NCBI RefSeq assembly: GCF_006345805.1 | Contig: NW_021834310.1 | Coordinates: 40,595-104,594 of the forward strand | Direction: 5' to 3' | Source of the DNA: Octopus sinensis | Taxonomy: Eukaryota | DNA length: 64,000 bases | Shown: one piece after another, positions 1 to 11,800 of the stretch | Numbering within the stretch: position 1 is the stretch's first letter | Layout: each line of letters opens with the position of its first letter | Program-made: the position numbers and the translations under genes | The notes under the pieces: generated by a model | Seen by the model: the letters and a program-made list of their open reading frames with translations, nothing else | Told to the model about the DNA's origin: nothing | The model's database searches: none

Positions 1-284
1 TTTTTGCTTTTGTTTCCGACTACATATCTCTGCGAACAAGGATTTTCATCGTTGTTTAATTTAAAATCAGTTCATCGTGCGAGGCTGAATGTTGTTCATG
101 ATATTCGGGTGTGTCTTTCGTCAAAGGATCCAGAAATCGATAGATTAGTGATTGATAAACAACACCATCCATCTCATTAATTAAATATTTTTTTTCCTTA
201 ATTTTTTAAAAATCGATAAGGGGTACGCGAAAAATTATTTAGATGGCAAGGGGTACGCAAGGAAAAAAAGTTTGAGAACCACTG
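1..284 (+). mobile_element. 3' end of Buster/Charlie-type hAT transposon
   Basis: Frame 1 from 1-180 reads FLLLFPTTYLCEQGFSSLFNLKSVHRARLNVVHDIRVCLS...KQHHPSH*, a Buster-type hATC C-terminus. GTTTGAGAACCACTG at 270-284 is the reverse complement of a CAGTGGTTCTCAAAC TIR. Confidence 0.85.
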
Positions 285-419
285 GTGTAGATACACCAAT
301 TGCCTAAACAGCATTTTTTTACATCAGTGCTGTTAGGGTCAATGGTTACCCATGTATACTGTGCTGCTCGTGAATACAGACCCTCATCAGTCAATTTGTA
401 AATGTATGACACGGATGGA

Positions 420-771
420 GACGCGGTAGCAAGCATCTTTCTACGAGAAATGTCTTCACTATCTCCAAGTATGGAGCCGAGTTTGTTGGCGTTCCTCCAT
501 CTTTTGCCAATTCTATCGTCCATTTGTTTTATCTCCGTCAATTCAGTTTTGGAAGTGTTAATTATCAGGAACCATTTGTTAAGCACCCGTGGGGAATTGT
601 TTAGTAGATGGATTAGATCATCTATGTTGTCCGAGGCAAAGTCCACATCGTTGGCATATACAATTTCGGTGATAGAATCATTATAGAAAGTTCTCAAATC
701 TCTCAAGGCGGCTTCCAGATAGATTACAAATAGCAGAGGGGAGAGAGAGTCTACGTGCTGACCAATTTCAG
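420..771 (-). mobile_element. RTE-like reverse transcriptase fragment
   Basis: DSLSPLLFVIYLEAALRD...IVYANDVDF...KLGSILGDSEDI aligns by eye to the RT at 9787-10878. Confidence 0.8.
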
Positions 772-1510
772 TTGGCAAGCATCAATTGTGCCTGTCAACC
801 CCACTCGGCCGATTGGCTTGACGCTTTTCCGATTTCCTCTGCTGGAATGTTACTGAACGACGAATCTGTCCGCATCGGAATCTGTTTACGGCTGGGCATA
901 GAGATTTGCCAGCCGCACCATTGCAGATGTGGACAACTCATTGACAGGAGAGGTTTACACCCTCTCTCTTGTCGCCTCAGTGCCGGCAGGATCCCCAGGC
1001 ACGCCTCATTGAATGACGTTGTGAAGCGCGCGTTTAACGTCGCTGGATTTCCCTCGATGTTAGAACCGATAGGACTAGACCGTGGAGATGGAAAACGCCC
1101 TGACGGGTCGACCTTATTCCCGTTCAGGAATGGAATGGCACTCGTGTGGGATGTTACCTGCGTAGACTCGTTTTCTTCATCATCGTTGGTTGACTCCGCT
1201 TCTCGTCCTGAATCTGCATCTGCCCTTGCCGAATCTAGGAAAACTGCAAAATATGCCTCTTTGACCGATATCTGCTCCTTCATTCCCCTGGCTTTCGAGA
1301 CCAGTAGGATAATTGGACCCAAAGCCCTCCAACTCCTCTCAGAGATTGGTTTAATCATCTCGAGGAGGAGTCACGACAGTCGCGAAACGAGCTGGCTTTT
1401 TCAGCGGATATCGTTCGCGATATTACGCGGAAATTGCCTGTCCATCCGCTCGGCGACTCATCTAAATTAGTTAACTTCTCTATTTTACTTGTTATTTTAC
1501 CTTAAAAAAA
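772..1510 (+). mobile_element. CRE-clade non-LTR retrotransposon, 3' fragment (zinc knuckle plus REL endonuclease)
   Basis: WLDAFP...CRCG...HPLSC...RGDGKRPDG...WDVTC...PLAFET...QRISFAILRGN, followed by a short A tail near 1504-1511. Confidence 0.85.
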
Positions 1511-1559
1511 ATATGGTATTGGAACCAGCACTGTATCGGATATTCTGAAAAACTCTACT

Positions 1560-2089
1560 AAATATCTGGAATATACGATGACAATGGAAACAGCAAGAAA
1601 AAGCGTTTTGAAAATAAATGCAAGTTTGATGATCTAAATAAGATCACTTGGGAATGATTTCAGAGGGCTAGATCTCGACGAATGGGAAAATGCCCTCTTG
1701 GAGCTGCATCTTCCTCGAAAATCAACTGATGCGGAGATTCCGAGTGATTCTAACGACGATGGCGAGTCGCAAAAAGCAGACGAAGCCAAATTAACTCGCA
1801 TTGACATTCGCTCAATGCTCGAAGATATACAGCACTTCGCTTGCACAGAGAATCCTTCTCTCCTTCCGTCAATAAAAGAATTAATGATTCTGAACAACAC
1901 GGCCATTGTGAAAAAAATCAAACCTTAAACAATCTTTTTTGACAGATTTTCTTAATAAATACAATCTTACTTTAAGTCCTTTTGGTGAGATTATGTTCAT
2001 AAATTTCAAAACCTTGATAAACCGGATCTCTCTATAAACCGGCCGATTTTCATGGTCCCGTCGGAGTCGGGTTTAGACAAGTTCCACTG
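1560..2089 (+). mobile_element. pogo/Tigger-like transposon 3' end (degenerate)
   Basis: Acidic C-terminal ORF at 1698-1928. The segment ends in GGTTTAGACAAGTTCCACTG, a CAGTGGAAC-type pogo TIR in reverse complement. Confidence 0.55.
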
Positions 2090-2099
2090 AAATATAATC

Positions 2100-2192
2100 T
2101 GCTCGCAAACGAACTTTCGATACTTTATGATGTAAAGGTAAAGATTATCCCGGTTGTCTTGACGTGGAACGGCGTTGTTTCGAGATACTTCA
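2100..2192 (+). mobile_element. R4/Dong-like REL fragment
   Basis: LLANELSILYDVKVKIIPVVLTWNGVVSRYFK matches the C-terminus of the 53386-56901 ORF. Confidence 0.75.
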
Positions 2193-2249
2193 AATTAAAT
2201 AGTCTAGTAACTATACTTGATTGTATTGCAATTAACACAGCTCCCAATT

Positions 2250-2702
2250 TTTCTTGTTTAAAAAGTGTAATTTCCACCACATCGAATGTTGATATGAGTC
2301 GTTATAAAGTGAAAATAACAGGATTACTTCAACAGTTTGATACACGTTTTAAATTGTTCGTGAACTTGAAAAAGAATTTAATGTTTTTCGATCACCATTC
2401 ATTGCAAATATTACACATCTTGCAGCTAGCTTACAATTGGAAATTATTGATTTGAAATGTGACTCAGATCTGAAGAATAAATTTACCATGGTGGGTTTAG
2501 ACACCTTTTATAAATATCTCTTGCCGAAGTATCCCAACTTAACAGCCTTAGCTGCGAAAATCTTGTTAATGTTTGGAAATAATATCTATGTGAACAACTT
2601 TTCTCTTTAATGAATATAAACAAAACAAAATTTCGATCAAGGCTCATCCAAACTCATCTAAGTGAGATTCTAAGATTGACAATAACTCAGGATTTCACTG
2701 CA
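2250..2702 (+). mobile_element. SPIN/GTF2IRD2-like hAT transposase fragment
   Basis: Near-identical in nucleotide sequence to about 39330-39781. Confidence 0.85.
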
Positions 2703-2860
2703 ACTTGTGTTGACTCGTTCTCCGCGACGATGTTACCCAAGACAATCACTAACCCGGGTTCTGCCAGTGCTCAGGCTGAAGACGCTAAGAGGACGAAGTA
2801 TGGAAGTATTTCGGACTCTTACGAGTTTGTCCCCCTCGCCTTCGAATCCGAGGTGCAGCC
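2703..2860 (+). mobile_element. CRE REL fragment
   Basis: ATCVDSFS...AEDAKRTKY...FVPLAFES. Confidence 0.75.
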
Positions 2861-3028
2861 ACTGCTGACACTTAATTAGCTATTTTGAAGGACTCTTTTT
2901 CTTTAAAAAAAAGTCAGAAATAATAATTGTCCTTGATCTATCAATAAAATAAGTTATTTTGACATTGATTGACATTGAGTAAATTTGATTGGTCGCGTCT
3001 AGCGCTCGGTCGCTCGGCTCGCGACATA

Positions 3029-3045
3029 TTACATGAGTCATGTAA
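3029..3045. promoter_or_regulatory. Palindrome TTACATGAGTCATGTAA with an AP-1-like TGAGTCA core
   Basis: Perfect 8 bp arms, next to a GC-rich patch and an ATTGG (inverse CCAAT). Conserved at 7773-7789. Function is inferred. Confidence 0.4.
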
Positions 3046-3378
3046 CATCACTCACAATTACAAATGAACAAACGGTAACGAAAAACTCGAAAATAGAATA
3101 AAAATTTTTAGTACTTAAAAAATGTTATGTTTATAAAAATGAAGAAAATTTCAGGCAATTTTACAAAATTGATGCCCCAAATGAAGGCTATACTGTATAT
3201 AAAAACTTAACTGGTCATGGGAAAACGACATAAGTTTTCTTTAATGGCGGATAACTAGACAATCAAGTTATGTTCTTTCTTAAATTTATTGGTCGTATTT
3301 TTACTGTGACGGTCTCCTTAAAATAATAATCGCTTGTAAATGTTTAGTATATATGCGAGTGAAAAAAAAGTTCAAAAA

Positions 3379-3421
3379 AGGAAGTAAAAAATAAAAAGGA
3401 AGTAAAAAATAAAAAGGAAGT
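3379..3421 (+). promoter_or_regulatory. Three AGGAAGT (ETS-site-like) motifs at 18 bp period
   Basis: Direct reading of the sequence. The sister copy has two (11110-11134). Confidence 0.4.
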
Positions 3422-3481
3422 ACCGAATGCTAGAACGTTTAAAACCAGGTATCCGTAATACGAAACAATTCAAAATCAGAA

Positions 3482-4090
3482 ATGAGTGTAAAACGAACAA
3501 TACTTTGGAAATTCATTGTCAATCTTTTAAAAACCAAAAACAAAGCAATTGAATAGAAAAATAAATCTATGGGAATATTTGTAATCACCGATGGAGATTT
3601 GTTGGCATATTGGTGGGGACAATGCAAACAAAACCCTTCCATGAATGAACAAAAACTTTCGAGGGCTCTCAGAACATACTACAAATATCCAAAAATTCTT
3701 AAAAAAGTACGTCATTCAAGAAATACCTACATGTTCCTCAATAGAAGAACAGAACAAATCCCAACACATATGTCACCGGAGCAGACTAAAGAAATAAATA
3801 TCCCCAATATGTCGTATCCCCAATACACTGTTCAGACAGAAGAAATCCAGCCACAAATCTGTCAGTTTTATATGCCATTTGAGGATCCGTATTATTCATA
3901 TTATGTGCCAAATATTTATTATCCGAATTATACATCATATGACTACAATTATTCTGAAGATTCAAATTGTCTCAATCGTTATTCAAAGGAATTGGATGAT
4001 ATTCTTTTTCCCCTCGAAAACGAATTTGGTTCTACAATTAATGACCAGGCTCTAACAGAACCAGATTTCTACACATCATACTATAAATAA
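3482..4090 (+). pseudogene. ETS-domain transcription factor, copy 1 (TAG at codon 25)
   Basis: ILWKFIVNLL...AIE*KNKSMGIF...WWGQCKQNPSMNEQKLSRALRTYY...ILKKV. TAG at 3554-3556 where copy 2 has TGG. Tyr/Pro-rich C-terminus. Confidence 0.85.
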
Positions 4091-4626
4091 TTTGTAATTT
4101 TGTTTATTAGCTTTTGTAATAAAATTTATTTATATTTTTCTAAAATATTAAAAATATTCAAAATTTTTGTAATATTGAACAAATTAGTAAGTTTAATCAA
4201 TTAATCGATTTTCTATATTTCCTTCCGAAAAAATAGTATTTTAATCAATATCTTAAATTCTAGAATTTATACAAAAAAGCAATTAGAACATTTTAATTTT
4301 AGAAAAATAAAATAAACATTTAAAGTACCAAAAAATGTTCAAAAATTAAATAAATATTTCAAAAAATATTTCAAAATGAGTAAAAGAAGTAAATTATAGT
4401 AATAAATTCGAAAAATATCACAAAATGATGAAATTTCAAATAATTTAATCATTAAAAGAAACTGCATCTCGAAATATTCCTACTAAATCCAATTACATAA
4501 AAAATTAAAAAAAGGGTTAACTACATAAAAAGCACCACAAGGTGAATCAACTGCGAGCTCACACGTGGAATAATTTATTGGGTTTACCATTAAAAATTAG
4601 GATAATTAAACAATAATTAATAAAAA

Positions 4627-5209
4627 CTGTTGACCCTTTCGGTCTGCACCCTTTATCGTGCAGGAGGAGTGCCGGACGTTTCCTGAGGCACTCTGCCATG
4701 AATGACATCATACGGAGGGCCCTCGACTCGGCGGGATTTCCTTTGGTCCTCGAACCACCGGGCCTTGACCGCGGCGATGGGAAACGCCCTGACGGGATGA
4801 TCCTTTTCCCCTTTGAAGGCGGAAAAGGCCTTGTTTGGGACGCAACCTGCTGCGACACCTTTTCTGCTTCTCACTTAACTTCGTGTGCCCTGGAGGCCAA
4901 ATCTACAGCTAAGAAGGCTGAAGATTTAAAGCTTTTAAAATATTCTGCCCTCTCGGAGAAGTTTTCCGTGGTGCCTATCGCGGCGGAGACGTCGGGTGCT
5001 CTCGGTCCAAAAACTGAAAAGTTCCTTCGCAAGCTCGGAGCCAAAATCTCAATGCGCACCCATGATCCTCGGGAGGCGAACTGGCTAATGCAACGGCTCT
5101 CGATTGCCATTATCCGGGGAAACAGTTTGGCAATCCGCCAGGCTACATATCCACCATAAACATAAAACTAATCTTTTAACATCTTAATGTTCCGATACTT
5201 TAAAAATAA
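4627..5209 (+). mobile_element. 5'-truncated CRE insertion with 12 bp TSD AATTAATAAAAA
   Basis: REL ORF at 4698-5159 (RPDG, WDATC). TSD at 4615-4626 and 5210-5221. Confidence 0.85.
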
Positions 5210-5289
5210 AATTAATAAAAAATAAACCATATTCTAATTACAACATTACCACAGTAATTCTGCAAATTTCGCAAAGAACTGCAGAGTCT

Positions 5290-5580
5290 GTATAATGCAG
5301 AGAGCCTTCACTGTTATCGGTAAGTTTTTTATATGCAATAACCAACTGGAGGATTAGTAACATCGACGTTTAGATCATTTAAAGAATCTGAGAGTTGAAT
5401 GCAATTGTTTGTTCTTTATTTGCTCCATCATGAAGTTCCTTTGCAATTCTCTCAGCATGTTTAAAAAAGATTCCCAGTTTTATAAATTGTATATTTGCGC
5501 TTGAGGTATTCCGTGATTGTGAGGAAATAGACCACTCCCGGGCAACTATCAGACACGCCACCAACGAAGATTCTTGTACT
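5290..5580 (-). mobile_element. R4/Dong-like relic
   Basis: Nucleotide similarity to about 54170-54400. Confidence 0.65.
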
Positions 5581-5778
5581 GGAGGACCGGTAAAAGTTTG
5601 ATTTTTTATTCATAATGTATTGGTGATGCAAATATAAAAAGATGAAGTCGAACGTTTGTGTTTAAAAAATTAAATAACGCTTTCAGTTTAATAAATAATT
5701 TAAGATAGTTAATTTAAAACTTATGATTGAATGTCACATAACCTGGATTGTTACTTTATACTCGGGATATATCATCAC

Positions 5779-7624
5779 TAGGGCAACCAATTGCAATTTT
5801 TTGCAATTAAATATAATTTAATTAAAATTCGATAAATAATAAAGTAATGAATAGACATTAATTTTAATTATATTTTTATTCGATTTAAATTTGCAATTTT
5901 TTGCAATTTTTTGTAGTCATTTTACAATTTTTGCAATTTTTTTAAATTAAAAAAAATTTTTTTATTAAAAAATAATATAATTATAAGTAAAGATTATTAA
6001 AACGTGTTTTAGTTGTTTGTTGTAATGGGTAAAAGGACAGTGTCACAGAAAATTTCATTTTATGCAAAGAAATTCCCCGAGTTTGTTATTGACAGTGAAG
6101 GGAATTTATTTTGCTCCAATTGCTCAACTGTTGTACGGTGTGACACAAAATTTTTTTTGTGATGCGCACCGTTCTTCAAAAAAACATTTAAAAGCACACA
6201 GTATTTCTTTGAATTTAAATTTATAGAATGGACAAATTCATCTCAGAGTTCACAAACATTTCTTTCGGCGATAACGGATACTCGAAAGGATTGGGGGATC
6301 AAAGTAACACAAGCGTTTTTTGAGGCAAACATACCAATTTATAAAATCAGACATCCTTCCCTCATACGGCTTTTTGAGCAGGAAACATATCCTTTGCCAT
6401 CTGAATCATCTTGCAGGTTAAATGTTAAAGAAATATCAAAATATAAAATTAATACCATTCAGACTCATTTACTGTTGTTTTTTTTAAGTTATTCAATAGT
6501 GGGGAATGTGTTTTTTTTTGTTTGTGATGAAGCCCAAATCAATGGAACTCGTTTTTTAATTACTTTGATTGGGAAAATCTCCACTCCAAAAAATCTTCAT
6601 TTAGTATCGTGTACCAATCTATATTATCCGCCTACTACTTCAACAATTTGTGTTGAGGTGGACAAAGTAATAAAGAAATTTTCTATTGAACGTGAAAATT
6701 TTATATTATTCGTTACAGATGGGGCGAGATATATGACCAGTGGTATATATAAATAAATTTAATTTTAGCTGGGGCATCAATGAAATTGATATACCAAAAT
6801 CTTTTCCACGTGACTTGCGTGTCACATTTATTGCACAACTGTGCTCTAAAGATTAAGGCATACTTCGCAGATGTTGATGAATTGATTTCGTCTATAAAGG
6901 CTGCCACAGTCAAAAACAGAGACGTTTGGAGATGTTTTCACGAATCGGAAATCCACCCGAAGTTGTGGTTACAAGATGGGGAAGCTGGCTAAAAGCAGCA
7001 AAATATTACTCCCAGAATCTTCCAGAAATTATTAAAATCGCATCTGAATTTGAAGGAGATGGAGTTTTAATACAAAATGTTTTAGTTTTTAATTATTTTA
7101 GGCAAAAAAATCAGTGAATAATCCTACGTTGTTTCCAAGCTTAACCCAAATCAGTTCAAATTATTTGGGATTAATTGAAATGATTTCAAATACTGAATTG
7201 CTTGATTACTCCATTGCAACAGCTTATGGTGATCTAAACACCCTAGACTTTACATCAGATCCATGCGACATAAAATCCTATATATCAAAAAGCTTGAGAA
7301 ATCAGGAATACTAAGTATTCTTGAATTCTCAAATAAGAATCTATCGCCAGAAGTTTATTCACATCTCAGAAAATGTAGCGCAAGTTCAGCATCTATCGAA
7401 AGGGAAATATCTCTTTTGACGAAAATTCTTAGTAAAGAGAGGAACTTTAAACCTGAAAATGTTCAGGAATATTTGATTTCCTATTACAATAAATAATTTC
7501 GTTAATTTTTTGCATAATGTAATGTTTACAATTAAAAAAAAATTATTTTTGCAATTTTTTACAATTTTTAAAATTCATTTTTGCAATTTTTTTTATTAAA
7601 AAGTGCAATTTTTTGGTTGCCCTA
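5779..7624 (+). mobile_element. hAT transposon, CGGBP1-like family A, full length with TIRs
   Basis: TIRs TAGGGCAACCAA (5779-5790) and TTGGTTGCCCTA (7613-7624), with TTGCAATTTTT subterminal repeats. No matching TSD. Confidence 0.9.
6025..7496 (+). pseudogene. hAT transposase with three tiny introns (6201-6226, 6743-6768, 7079-7101) and about three single-base frameshifts
   Basis: Motifs CSNC...HRSSKKH, AFFEANIP, VTDGARYM, FHVTCVSHLLHNC, TRWGSW and SSASIER. Removing each GT-AG intron restores the frame. Confidence 0.8.
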
Positions 7625-7925
7625 TTAATTAGCTATTTTGAAGAACTCTTTTTCTTTTAAAAAAAAGTCAGAAATAATAATTGTCCTTGATCTATCAATA
7701 AAATAAGTTATTTTGACATTGAGTAAATTTGATTGGTCGCGTCTAGCGCCCGGTCGCTCGGCTCGCGACATATTACATGAGTCATGTAACATCACTCACA
7801 ATTACAAATGAACAAACAGTAACGAAAAACTCGAAAATAGAATAAAAATTTTTAGTACTTAAAAAATGTTATGTTATAAAAATGAAGAAAATTTCAGGCA
7901 ATTTTACAAAATTGATGCCCCAAAT

Positions 7926-10912
7926 TTGGTTGAGGTGGTGACGTGCCTCTATTGCACCAATGTCTTTCTCACACTTGATATCTGCTGGCCCGTTCTCAAT
8001 TGGCACTCTAACGTTAGAGGACTCAATCCCATGTATAAACAACTTCAACTCACAAGAGATTTGGAACAACGCAAGGTGTCCATCTGCTGCTTACAAGAGA
8101 CGAAAATAACTGAACATGGAAGCTCGAAGATAGGCGATTACACACTAATTACCCTCCCAACTACCTGTCGTCACTACGGCCTTGGGTTTGCAATCAACAG
8201 AAAACTGGACGACACATATCCGGGTGTGGTCCGTCTCGGACAGGATTGCGGTACTCCAAATCAAATGGGGAACGAAACCGAACTCCTCGTCACAATCATT
8301 AATGTGTACGCGCCAACTGGAGTCAGAGCCCTTGCTAATCCGGATGAACTTGATGAATTCTATTCCACTCTCACAAATTTATACAACACACTCAGATCCT
8401 CGTATACGTGTTTCATTGCTGGTGATTGGAACGCCAGAGCAGGGAAAGCCAGGCCCGGAGAAACATGCATAGGATCCCATGGAAGAAACCGGAGAATGTG
8501 CCTGGAACTGCCTTGATCCAATTCTGCACCTATTTAGACCTATTCTTATGCAACACGGCATTCCGTCATCCAGCCAGGCACAAAACACACATGGACTGGA
8601 ACCAGAAAGGACTCAAATGGAAATTACATACCTATATTCAATCAAATAGACTACATCCTCTGCAAAGCTGCCCATAAACATCTACTTGTGGATTCACGTT
8701 CATACGGGGACTGGAGACAAATAGTGACCACAAACTAGTAATCACTAGCATCGGACTGTACAAGACATACAACAAACTGAAAAAACTTACGCATGATGAA
8801 CAAGAAAGCTATAATCTTGAATTATTCCGTGATGAAAAACTCAAACAGACTATGCAGACAAACTACAGGAAGAACTCGACAATATTGACACAACAAAACC
8901 TGCAAATGCGATTTGGGATGCAGTGACCAGTGCAATGAAGAAGACAGCTGTAAATGTTGTTGGACTCACTCGAAAAAAACACAAATTTCACGATAACGAG
9001 ATTTGCTCCCTCTCAGAAAGGCAGAAAACCTTGAGGTTAAAAATACAAAACTCCAGCAACCCGAAAAAAATAAGAGAACTCCGAAAATTACGGAACATGA
9101 TATTACTAAATATCAAGAAAACACAGAAATTGCTAATGTACAAAGAAACAGAAGAGCAATTTCAACACATAACAAAACAAAAGGACGACACGAAAATGTT
9201 CATGGCAATGAGGCTGCTAAGCAAAAAAAAGAGGCAAAATTCGATCACTGTCTGGGACACCACGGAAGCGGCTATCATTGACAACAAGAGTAAGGTAGAG
9301 GCTATATCTGAATACTACTACAAAATGCTTAACTGGGAGGATGAATCAGGATACAAACCCTACCCATATACTGTAGGGGCACTAAGTTCCCCATTAACCA
9401 CTTACGAAATATGGAGGCAATGAAGAAACTGAAAACCGGCAGGTCTGGGGGACCGGACAATATCCCACCTGAACTAGTAAAATATGCGCCAATGAAGTTT
9501 GCTGAAATCGCTGCAAATATCCTGAACAAGGCATTTGAGCAGAACAACCCATTAGACCTCGGCAAAGGATGGTTAATTCCTCTACAGAAACCTGGAAAAC
9601 AAAAAGGACCCCTATCCAGCCTAAGACCTATTATTTTGCTAACGACGCTTCGGAAAACACTGTCGTTGATCGCATTAGAGAGGATAAGAACCAAGGTGGA
9701 AAACTTTCTGTCACCGGGACAAAGTGGCTTTAGAACTGGCAGGTCCACTGCTGATGTGATCTGGACTCACAGATGGACAGCTGCACATGCCAAAATATAA
9801 ACATTGCACTGAAATACTCGGCATCGATATGTCCAGAGCATTCGACTCTGTTCACAGAACTAAACTTGTGGAAATACTTATGACCTTCTTAAATCATGAC
9901 GACATCAGAATAATCCTAATGCTTCTTCAGAACACTCAATTAGCAACCAAACTTGGTAAAAATGTGTCAAACTATTTCTACACATCACGGGGCATACCAC
10001 AAGGCGATTCGCTGTCCCCAGTTCTCTTTATCGTCTACCTAGAGGCAGCACTCAGAGACTTTCGGCCTCTTGTGGACAACACTAAATACAACGAAATAAT
10101 ATATGCTGATGATGTCGACTTCGTATCTGATGATGCTGAAACCCTTCGATTTATTATCGAAACATTACCAGATATTTTTTCCAAATGGTTTCTAACAATC
10201 AACCACAATAAAACTGAACATACGAAATTTATTCGATCTGAACGAACTCATGATGAGCCCTGGAGAAGACAAAAAAAAGTCGGATCTCTCTTAGGGGACT
10301 CTGAAGACATTATGCACAGAAAAATACTATCAATTGCCACATACAATAAGTTTATGAACATCTGGCGCCTAAAGAAGCTAAATTCAAAGACAAAACTTAA
10401 AATATACAACACATTTGTTGTCCCAGTCCTAATGTACAATGGATCGACGTGGGGAATCAGTAAGACCGATATGAACAATTTGGACCGATTTCATCGGAAC
10501 CAACTGAGAAGAGTGATAAACATGCAATTCTCAAGGAAAATAGCAAATTCCACCCTATACAAAAGATGCAATTCGAGACCGATCTCTATGGACATCCTGG
10601 AGTCCAGATGGCGACTCTTTGGACACATATTAAGACTTGACAGCCTCACTCCGCCGAATATCGCGATGGAAAACTACTTTGCCCATTCCAAAGGAGACTT
10701 CCGTGGAAGACCCAGGGTCACTCTGGCTACCACGCTAAATGAAGATCTAGCTGGAATTAATAAAAAACTGAAAAATGGCGATGATCTCGACTCACTCAGG
10801 ACGATCGCAACTGACCGGAGAGCCTGGAGACGCATGACCGGGAGAATTTCAATGGTGGCACAAGGAAAGCTTAATTAACTTATGACTTTTCCGAAAGTGC
10901 TTTATAATATAA
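7926..10912 (+). mobile_element. Near full-length RTE-like LINE (APE endonuclease plus RT), frameshifted, 8 bp TSD CCCCAAAT
   Basis: EN motifs LQETK, INVYAPT and GDWNA. RT motifs GIDMSRAFDS, GIPQGDSLSP and YADD. TSD at 7918-7925 and 10913-10920, with an empty site near 3175-3182. Confidence 0.92.
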
Positions 10913-11194
10913 CCCCAAATGGAGGTTATACTGTATATAAAAACTTACTGGTCATTGGAAAAACGACATAATTTTCTTTATGGCGCGATAACTAGACAAT
11001 CTATGTTCTTTCTTAATTTATTGGTCGTATTTTTACTGTGACGGTCCTCCTTAAAAAGTAATCGCTTGTAAATGTTTAGTATATTTGCGAGTGAAAAAAA
11101 GTTCAAAAAAGGAAGTAAAAAATAAAAAGGAAGTACCGAATACTAGAACGTTTAAAACCAGGTATCCGTAATACGAAACAATTCAAAATCAGAA

Positions 11195-11800
11195 ATGGGT
11201 GTAAAACGAACAATACTTTGGAAATTCATTGTCAATCTTTTAAAAACCAAAAACAAAGCAATTGAATGGAAAAATAAATCTATGGGAATATTTGTAATCA
11301 CCGATGGAGATTTGTTGGCATATTGGTGGGGACAATGCAAACAAAACCCTTCCATGAATGAACAAAAACTTTCGAGGGCTCTCAGAACATACTACAAATA
11401 TCCAAAAATTCTTAAAAAAGTACGTCATTCAAGAAATACCTACATGTTCCTCAATAGAAGAACAGAACAAATCCCAACACATATGTCACCGGAGCAGACT
11501 GAAGAAATAAATATCCCCAATATGTCGTATCCCCATACACTGTTCAGACAGAAGAAATCCAGCCACAAATCTGTCAGTTTTATATGCCATTTGAGGATCC
11601 GTATTATTCTATATGTGCCAAATATTTATTATCGAATTATACATCATATGACTACAATTATTCTGAAGATTCAAATTGTCTCAATCGTTATTCAAAGGAT
11701 TGGATGATATTCTTTTTCCCCTCGAAAACGAATTTGGTTCTACAATTAATGACCAGGCTCTAACAGAACCAGATTTCTACACACATCATACTATAAATAA
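11195..11800 (+). CDS. ETS-domain transcription factor, copy 2 (ETS domain intact, C-terminus frameshifted)
   Basis: ORF 11195-11707 contains the complete ETS domain. A 1 bp deletion near 11536 relative to copy 1 shifts the frame. Confidence 0.8.

Larger units (their letters stand above)
2872..5778 (+). repeat. Segmental duplication unit 1a (ETS locus)
   Basis: High identity to 7625-13893 once the RTE insertion and a roughly 420 bp indel are discounted. Confidence 0.95.

Noticed and set aside
795-1358. Antisense ORFs over CRE, RTE and R4 coding regions (also 45596-46000, 47510-47899, 9329-9748 and 49708-49998)
   Set aside because: These are shadow frames opposite recognisable transposon proteins.
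3554-3556. Alternative genetic code or TAG readthrough in ETS
   Set aside because: The sister copy has TGG here, and other ORFs in the window terminate at TAG, TAA and TGA.
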